DNA of 64,000 nucleotides, from positions 766,805 through 830,804 of the forward strand of contig CAZXWN010000001.1 of assembly GCA_964644695.1 (NCBI GenBank), read 5' to 3'. Shown here piece after piece: positions 57,775 to 64,000 of the stretch. Each line of letters starts with the position of its first letter. Position 1 is the first letter of the stretch. The notes beneath the pieces are model-generated. The model had not been told where the DNA came from, did no database searches, and saw only the letters and a list, made by a program, of their open reading frames with translations. Source of the stretch: an uncultured bacterium. GTDB taxonomy: Bacteria > UBP4 > UBA4092. A program made the position numbers and the translations under genes.

Positions 57775-58314
57775 ATGTTTAATATCGGTGATCGAGTAGT
57801 ACATAAAACCCACGGAGCTGGAGTAGTTCGTTCAGTGGAAACCCAAAATATAGATGGTGTTGCTCTTGAGTTTGTCCGGGTCCATTTGACCCTTCAGGAT
57901 GGCGATGTGTTGGTTCCCTTGAAAAATGGAACAACGAATGACCTTAGGATTGCTTTGGATGAAGATGGTCTCCAACAGATTGTCAGTATTCTTGAAGGAA
58001 ACAGCGATGTAGTTCCGCCCAATGAAGATGGTAGCTACCCACCGGCTACTGATTTGATTGCATCTGGGAACCCCTTCCAAATGGCTCAAGCTGTCAGGAT
58101 TTTAACCTCCGAAGCAAAGCAGGAAGGCGTAGAAACAGAAATCAAAGATACTTTATCTGCAGCTCGGATGCGTTTAGCAGGTGAGTTAATGCTGACAAAG
58201 AGTATTACCAAAGCCGGTGCTTTATCGCTAATCAATCGTTCCATTCATGGAACAGAGAAATTCCAGAAAGCCGCCGAAAAGCGTCGGAAGAAACAAACCA
58301 AGAAAAAAGAATAA
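57775..58314 (+). CDS. carD: CarD/CdnL-family transcription factor (divergent)
   Basis: FNIGDRVV...HGAG.V, LVP, LR, SGNP...A..VR.L, AR..L..EL. Confidence 0.78.
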   Translation: MFNIGDRVVHKTHGAGVVRSVETQNIDGVALEFVRVHLTLQDGDVLVPLKNGTTNDLRIALDEDGLQQIVSILEGNSDVVPPNEDGSYPPATDLIASGNPFQMAQAVRILTSEAKQEGVETEIKDTLSAARMRLAGELMLTKSITKAGALSLINRSIHGTEKFQKAAEKRRKKQTKKKE

Positions 58315-58326
58315 GCATTGAAACTG

Positions 58327-58989
58327 TTATTCTTCATCTGAAGAAACAGATTCATTAAAACGCGAACCACATTTCCGTCGGAGCAGTCCATAAATGACCT
58401 CCGGCGGAAATCCTTTTTGGGCTAAAAACCGGTATATTTTATTACGCCGCCGCTGAGGGTCCTTTTCTCCAGCATAATCTTTTCGACGAGACAACGCTGC
58501 CTCAGCTAAAGCCATTTGGTCTATATCTTTTTCCAGTGGAGACAGGATTTCCCGAATAATGGAATCTGGAATTCCTTTCCTTTTCAACTCCTGCTTTAGT
58601 AAAGGAATTCCTCTGGGTCTGTTTTGCAATCGTGACGCAACAAACTCTCGGGCATATTTTTGGTCATCCAAATATCCCCGCTGAATAAAAAGTGTAATTA
58701 TAGATTCAATGATGGATTCATCATATTGACGAGTTTTGAGTTTATTCCGGATTTGTTGAATACAATACGCACGCTGCGATAGAAGACGAATCACATAATC
58801 TCTGGCTTGTAATCTATCTTCCTCCAATGCTAATGCCTTCAGGGTTTCTGTCTCAATCTCCATCCCAACGCGTAACCTGAATTTCTTTAGAGCCTCCTCA
58901 CTAACTCCCATAGCAAACTCTTCATCAATAAAGACAGAAAACCGATGTTGCCGTTTTTTTTGCGGTTGAATTAAAGTTATTTTTCCCAT
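58327..58989 (-). CDS. recX: Regulatory protein RecX
   Basis: GYLDD.KYA, RG...LKQELKRKGI, FLAQKGF; follows recA. Confidence 0.9.
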   Translation of the reverse strand: MGKITLIQPQKKRQHRFSVFIDEEFAMGVSEEALKKFRLRVGMEIETETLKALALEEDRLQARDYVIRLLSQRAYCIQQIRNKLKTRQYDESIIESIITLFIQRGYLDDQKYAREFVASRLQNRPRGIPLLKQELKRKGIPDSIIREILSPLEKDIDQMALAEAALSRRKDYAGEKDPQRRRNKIYRFLAQKGFPPEVIYGLLRRKCGSRFNESVSSDEE

Positions 58990-59027
58990 CACATCATCAT
59001 TTTATCTGATTCTGGCTCAATACAAAC

Positions 59028-59059
59028 AAAAAGAGCCGGGTAATTAATTACCCGGCTCT
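59028..59059 (-). terminator. Terminator/attenuator between recA and recX
   Basis: agagccgggtaatt / aattacccggctct palindrome with U tract on minus strand. Confidence 0.75.
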
Positions 59060-59082
59060 GCTGTTTTTATAGATACACAATA

Positions 59083-60129
59083 TTATTCTGCCTCGGGGAC
59101 AGGTACACTTCCACCCACAAGCCCAAGTTTCTGACGAAGCTTTCCTTCCAGATCCTGCCGAACTTCGGGATGCTCTTTAAGGAATTTCCGGGCATTATCA
59201 CGACCCTGCCCTAACCGTTCAGAACCATAAGAGAACCAGGTTCCACTCTTTTCCACCATCTTTTCATTAACGGCCAAATCCAAAAGGTCGCCTTCCTTGG
59301 AAAGCCCTTCGCCATGCATGATATCAAACTCGGCTTCCTTAAAGGGGGGAGCCACTTTGTTTTTGACTACTTTTACACGGTGACGACTACCAATAACGCT
59401 ATCACCATCACGAATAGTTGTAATCCGTCTGATATCAAGGCGAACAGAAGAGTAAAACTTAAGAGCACGTCCACCGGTGGTTGTTTCAGGGCTACCGAAC
59501 ATAACACCAATCTTTTCACGAATCTGGTTGATGAATATGACACAGGTCTTGGATTTACTGATGGCAGCGGTAAGTTTTCGTAAAGCCTGGGACATCAATC
59601 GTGCCTGTAATCCGACAAAACTGTCTCCCATATCACCTTCAATTTCAGCCTGTGGGACAAGGGCGGCAACAGAGTCTATAACAATTAAGTCAACAGCATT
59701 ACTCCGAACAAGAGTTTCTACGATTTCTAAGGCTTGTTCACCTGTATCCGGCTGGGAGAGCCACAAATTATCTAAATCAACACCCATTAATTTGCTGTAA
59801 GAAGGATCCAAAGCATGTTCAGCATCGATAAAGGCCGCAACACCACCTTTTTTCTGGACCTGGGCAATGATTTCCAAAGTCAAAGTGGTTTTGCCTGAAG
59901 ATTCAGGTCCAAAGATTTCAACGACACGACCACGGGGAACGCCGCCGATACCTAAGGCATAGTCCAACGAAATAGATCCACAGGAGATCGCCGGAATTTC
60001 CAGTCTGGAACTGCCTTCCCCCAACCGCATGATAGACCCTTTTCCAAACTGCCGTTCAATCTGAGATACCGCCAATTCCAAAGCTTTGAGTTTCTGACTT
60101 TGGCCCTTTTCATCTACTACACTTGACAT
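59083..60129 (-). CDS. recA: Recombinase RecA
   Basis: [43 protein letters not shown]. Confidence 0.99.
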   Translation of the reverse strand: MSSVVDEKGQSQKLKALELAVSQIERQFGKGSIMRLGEGSSRLEIPAISCGSISLDYALGIGGVPRGRVVEIFGPESSGKTTLTLEIIAQVQKKGGVAAFIDAEHALDPSYSKLMGVDLDNLWLSQPDTGEQALEIVETLVRSNAVDLIVIDSVAALVPQAEIEGDMGDSFVGLQARLMSQALRKLTAAISKSKTCVIFINQIREKIGVMFGSPETTTGGRALKFYSSVRLDIRRITTIRDGDSVIGSRHRVKVVKNKVAPPFKEAEFDIMHGEGLSKEGDLLDLAVNEKMVEKSGTWFSYGSERLGQGRDNARKFLKEHPEVRQDLEGKLRQKLGLVGGSVPVPEAE

Positions 60130-60177
60130 AATCTTCTTTACTCCTTTACTGTCATCACCCTGCCGGGGTTTTGGTAT

Positions 60178-60206
60178 AGATTAATTATTCGTGTTGATTC
60201 TGTCAA
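60178..60206 (-). promoter_or_regulatory. Putative sigma70 promoter for recA
   Basis: TTGACA-N17-TAATCT on minus strand. Confidence 0.5.
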
Positions 60207-60426
60207 TCCTGATTTCGAATTTTTACTGGAACCGATACTACCTAACATTTATTACCCTATCATTGTAACAGAACTTCCATCTGATTCAATTACATTTTTT
60301 TCTGGAATAAATCTATTGTGAATGGAAGGGATGACAGATGGGGTCATGGGTCAGAGAAAGAGGACGAATAGACCCATTTTGATTTATGATGGAAGCAATC
60401 AGCTTCATATTAAAAGGAAAGAAAGA

Positions 60427-61275
60427 ATGTACTTAAAACCAATTGGATACTCACTGTTAGCCGCCTTGATTCTAATGACCACTCCGGTGCCATCACAGGC
60501 TCAAGAGATTGATGGAAAACAAATGATGGAAACAATCAAACATCTCACAGATGAGATTGGAGTCCGTCCTTCAGGTTCGGATAACGCATCAACAACAGCT
60601 TTTTATATCAGTGATAAACTGTCCACAACAGGGTACCATTATCAAATCCAGGACTACCGATTATCTAACAACAGAATCGCCCGAAATATTCAGGCATTTT
60701 ATCCGGGAACATCCGCAAAGGAAATAATACTGATTGGGCACTATGATTCCCCTGTGAAATCACTGGGTGCGCAGGCTTCAGCTTGTGGAATAAGCCTTTT
60801 GCTGGAATCTGCCAGATTAGTTCGCGGACAGACCCTGCCCGACAGTGTCCATTTTGCTTTTCTGGGAGCGGAAGAAAAAATACCTGGAATTGGCGATATG
60901 TACAGCGGTTCTGGAGCTTTGGCAGATTACCAGAAAAAATTAGGAACTTCGCAGTTAGGTGGGATTCTCGTATTGGAAAATTCCGGCTCCGTAAATTCCT
61001 GGATAATCTCAACAACCGCTCAGACTCCCCCCGAGTTAATCACCAGAGTCGAAAATGCCGCATTAAGAACCCGTCAGGCCATAGAATTTCGTACGGCAGA
61101 TGAAAACCAGATTTCATCACCACTGGCAACGGGAAATCTTCCGGTCATCTTTATGAAACAAAATCTTAAAAAGCCTATTTCTTCCGCCAAAGATACCTTC
61201 TCACAAGTATCCCGGAATACACTTGAATCAACGGCACAATTCATTCTGGAATTTATTAAGAATAAACCTGAATAA
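60427..61275 (+). CDS. Secreted M28 peptidase-like protein with degenerate metal site
   Basis: Signal peptide; IGVRPSGS, NI.A, GHYDS, GAEE. Confidence 0.75.
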   Translation: MYLKPIGYSLLAALILMTTPVPSQAQEIDGKQMMETIKHLTDEIGVRPSGSDNASTTAFYISDKLSTTGYHYQIQDYRLSNNRIARNIQAFYPGTSAKEIILIGHYDSPVKSLGAQASACGISLLLESARLVRGQTLPDSVHFAFLGAEEKIPGIGDMYSGSGALADYQKKLGTSQLGGILVLENSGSVNSWIISTTAQTPPELITRVENAALRTRQAIEFRTADENQISSPLATGNLPVIFMKQNLKKPISSAKDTFSQVSRNTLESTAQFILEFIKNKPE

Positions 61276-61288
61276 GGGCAGAAAGACC

Positions 61289-61314
61289 ATCGAACAAGAT
61301 CGATCTTGTTCGAT
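61289..61314. terminator. Perfect 26-bp palindrome between convergent genes
   Basis: atcgaacaagatc|gatcttgttcgat. Confidence 0.5.
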
Positions 61315-61349
61315 TCTTCTTCGTTTCATGTTCGATTGTGATGCGCAGG

Positions 61350-62303
61350 TTAAAAGAGCCGAATCAGATTATCCCAAAATATCTTTTTGATATCCTGATT
61401 TTTATATCCGCGATGAATCAGAACCTCAATCAAATTTGGGTACATGGAGCAATCTTTTAAATCCTCTGGGTAATCAGAGGCGCCGTCAAAATCAGATCCT
61501 AATCCTACATGATCGATTCCTGCTATTTGTACCGCATGGTCAATGTGGTCAGCAACCATTGATGTTGTTACAGGGGTTTTCCCTTCATTCGGTTTTCGGA
61601 TAAATTCACCAAACAAACTGATTCCAATCACTCCACCATTATCTCGAATTTTTCTCAATAAATTGTCACTGACATTTCGGGGATGAGCCACTAAGGCTTT
61701 ACAACAAGAATGAGTAAACAGACAGGGTTTTGTGGAATGTTCCAGAGCCAGCGCTGCAGCTGATTCTGAAGCATGTGACAAGTCAACTCGAATGTCTCTT
61801 TTCTCCAGTTCATGGATAACCCATACACCAAAATCAGTTAAGCCATTTGCTTTGGAACTGTCCTGGGAAGAATCAATCCAATCCAAAGAACGACACCAAA
61901 CCAAAGTCAAATACCTAATGCCACGTGATTGTAACTGGTCCAATATTGCAGTATCTCGAGTCAGGAAATGCCCCCCCTCAACACAAGGAACACAAGCCAC
62001 CCTTCCCGAGTCATAGGCCTCTTGAATACTAATCCGATTGGAAGCTTTTCGTAATAAATCTGGATATCGATTACATTGGGTTTCCAAACTATCCAGTAAA
62101 GCCATGACACGATCAAAACCCGACTGCCCCACATATTTTTCAGGATCCACCCAACATGCAAATCCCATCGCTCCTACGTGACCCTTGCGAAGCCTCGGAC
62201 CATCCACATAAATATCGGGTTGTGATATTCCTATTTCCTTACCACGGTCCAAAACACGTAATAAAGTATCGACATGGGCATCAAACACAGGAATTTCAGT
62301 CAT
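61350..62303 (-). CDS. Membrane dipeptidase family (M19)
   Basis: DAHVDT, VEGG, DLSH, THS, HPRNV.D, GSDFDG. Confidence 0.9.
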   Translation of the reverse strand: MTEIPVFDAHVDTLLRVLDRGKEIGISQPDIYVDGPRLRKGHVGAMGFACWVDPEKYVGQSGFDRVMALLDSLETQCNRYPDLLRKASNRISIQEAYDSGRVACVPCVEGGHFLTRDTAILDQLQSRGIRYLTLVWCRSLDWIDSSQDSSKANGLTDFGVWVIHELEKRDIRVDLSHASESAAALALEHSTKPCLFTHSCCKALVAHPRNVSDNLLRKIRDNGGVIGISLFGEFIRKPNEGKTPVTTSMVADHIDHAVQIAGIDHVGLGSDFDGASDYPEDLKDCSMYPNLIEVLIHRGYKNQDIKKIFWDNLIRLF

Positions 62304-62376
62304 GGAAATATCCTTTATCTATTCATAATTTCTATCCGCTTGATTTTATACTGAACCCGACTGGAAAACACAAAAA

Positions 62377-62408
62377 AACAAAAGGCTCGGTTCTCCGAGC
62401 CTTTTGTT
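62377..62408 (-). terminator. Intrinsic terminator after ferritin-like gene
   Basis: aaaaggctcgg / ccgagcctttt stem. Confidence 0.75.
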
Positions 62409-62435
62409 GAGGTTTAAATTAAATACGCTGTTCTG

Positions 62436-62861
62436 TTACAAGGGCCAATCACGAAGGATTCTTTCGGTCTCTTCAGAATGACCACTTTCGTCCCGTACCA
62501 TGTCTTCCAATTGAACAACCAAACCTTTTTCACCAAGTTCATCAGCTTCTTTGGCGCGAGTAATGTAATCAATGGTTGCCTGCTTTTCAGCTGCTAATAC
62601 CGCTTCAAGCATGGCACGGTTAGTTTGTGCTTGCGGCACCAGTCGCGGTTGTGTTGTAGGTTCACCACCCAGAGCGACAATCTTATTTGCAAGATATTGA
62701 GCATGTAACTGTTCACCCGCCACTTCAGTCAGATAGAACTGTGATAATTGGGGACGATAAGGTCCAGATGCTTTTGCAGCATAAGTCAGGTACTGAATAA
62801 TCGCACTCAACTCTCCAGCCAAGTCCTGATTCAAATGATCAATAAGAGTTTTCTTGTCCAT
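62436..62861 (-). CDS. Ferritin-like (bacterioferritin-related) protein
   Basis: ELSAIIQY, EQLHA, LGGEP, E...Y, DESGH diiron motifs. Confidence 0.85.
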   Translation of the reverse strand: MDKKTLIDHLNQDLAGELSAIIQYLTYAAKASGPYRPQLSQFYLTEVAGEQLHAQYLANKIVALGGEPTTQPRLVPQAQTNRAMLEAVLAAEKQATIDYITRAKEADELGEKGLVVQLEDMVRDESGHSEETERILRDWPL

Positions 62862-63095
62862 CTTCTGCAGTCCTCCTGTGAATAATATATTGGGTTACTT
62901 AACAAATCATTTGCTTTGTTTTTATAACACGATGATTCGCTTTTTAGTTCCCATAGCCTGGTAAGTCATAATTATTCATTATTTATATCATTACAAAAAC
63001 AGGCACCTACAATATAACTTTTCTTCATCACGGGATTGTCAACAGCCATGCGTTTTCTCTGCTTACAAAGCTCAAAATATCAGGACTTGATTTTT

Positions 63096-63125
63096 TTGAC
63101 ATATCCACGCAATTTAAGGTATATT
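63096..63125 (+). promoter_or_regulatory. Putative sigma70 promoter for pckA
   Basis: TTGACA-N18-TATATT. Confidence 0.4.
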
Positions 63126-63220
63126 ATTTTAAGGGTCACAACTAATTCGAGGTCACAGTAAAGAGTCGTTAAGCACTCTACCCTTTGTTCTAAAAATCTT
63201 TAAAAGGCGAGGATACTATC

Positions 63221-64000
63221 GTGGCATTTATTCCCAAATACCCTCTGGAGGAACAAGGCATTATCAACATTGGTAATGTTTATTGGAACCTCCCAGGTGC
63301 CTCTCTGTACGAAGAAGCTGTTCGTCGGCGGGAAGCACTCATTGCTCATATGGGTCCATTGGTTGCTCGGACTGGACACCATACCGGACGTTCCCCCAAT
63401 GACAAATTTACCGTAGAAGAGCCAACCAGTCAGGATAAAGTTTGGTGGGGAAAGGTCAATCGACCCATCTCCGAAGAGAAATTTGATCAACTTCATCGGC
63501 ATATGCTGTCTTACCTGCAGGGTAAAGATATTTTTGTACAAGATTGTTTTGTCGGTGCTGATCCTGAATATCGTGTACCAATCCGCGTCATTACAGCTAC
63601 TGCCTGGCACAATCTGTTCGCCCGTATTATGTTCCTGATTCCGAAACCGGAAGAAGTAAAAGAACATATTCCTGAATTTACCGTCATCAATGCTCCCGGT
63701 TTCCATGCCCGTCCGGACGAAGATGGCACCAATTCTGAAGTATTTATCGTCGTTCACTTTGGTAAGAAACTGGTCCTTATTGGTGGCACCAGCTATGCCG
63801 GTGAAATCAAAAAATCCATGTTCACCATGATGAACTATGTTCTGCCCAGCAAGAATGTTTTCCCGATGCATTGTTCTTGTAACGTCGGCGAAGACGGTGA
63901 TGTGGCTATCTTCTTTGGTCTTTCTGGTACAGGAAAAACCACTCTGTCCGCTGACCCTGAACGTAAACTCGTGGGTGATGACGAACACGGCTGGTCTGAT
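63221..64000 (+). CDS. pckA: Phosphoenolpyruvate carboxykinase (ATP), 3' truncated; absent from ORF track
   Basis: GTG start after GAGG; LYEEA, TGRSPNDKF, GGTSYAGEIKKS, MHCS, FFGLSGTGKTTLS, GDDEHGW. Confidence 0.96.
   Translation, partial: MAFIPKYPLEEQGIINIGNVYWNLPGASLYEEAVRRREALIAHMGPLVARTGHHTGRSPNDKFTVEEPTSQDKVWWGKVNRPISEEKFDQLHRHMLSYLQGKDIFVQDCFVGADPEYRVPIRVITATAWHNLFARIMFLIPKPEEVKEHIPEFTVINAPGFHARPDEDGTNSEVFIVVHFGKKLVLIGGTSYAGEIKKSMFTMMNYVLPSKNVFPMHCSCNVGEDGDVAIFFGLSGTGKTTLSADPERKLVGDDEHGWSD

Noticed and set aside
60130-60420. LexA box upstream of recA
   Set aside because: No CTGT-N8-ACAG or GAAC-N4-GTTC seen
62862-63220. tRNA or other known ncRNA in the longest intergenic gaps
   Set aside because: No cloverleaf, T-loop signature or recognisable riboswitch consensus here or in the other gaps
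63200-63988. 262-aa minus-strand ORF
   Set aside because: Antisense shadow of pckA, which is clear on the + strand

Overview
Gene-dense bacterial chromosomal segment, moderately AT-rich, with about 60 mostly housekeeping CDSs. I found no tRNA, rRNA, CRISPR array, integrase or transposase. Contents: DnaJ(partial)-DegP-J-like chaperone cluster, TrpB2, peroxiredoxins, glycerol-1-phosphate dehydrogenase, feoB operon, GH20/GH35/amidase, NfnAB, AhbC/AhbD-like radical SAM pair, pilT/U-DUF4911-histidine kinase-response regulator-HU cluster, ychF, beta-CASP nuclease, WYL regulator, hisG, typA, nfeD-stomatin, yceD-rpmF-plsX-fabH-fabD, a second two-component pair, carD, recA-recX and partial pckA. NfnAB, Ahb and FeoB suggest an anaerobe; I cannot assign the lineage from sequence alone. 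Main leads: (1) a response regulator whose output domain looks like a HEPN ribonuclease (RNPYIH), next to a membrane histidine kinase; (2) a full-length tandem-SIS protein resembling eukaryotic glucokinase regulatory protein that keeps MurQ-type catalytic motifs; (3) a five-copy REP-like palindrome family with compensatory base changes, one copy apparently translated inside ahbD; (4) several proteins lacking their hallmark residues (J-domain without HPD, CarD without Trp, M28 without Zn ligands, DtxR with substituted ligands). All family calls come from motif recognition by eye; no database searches were run.
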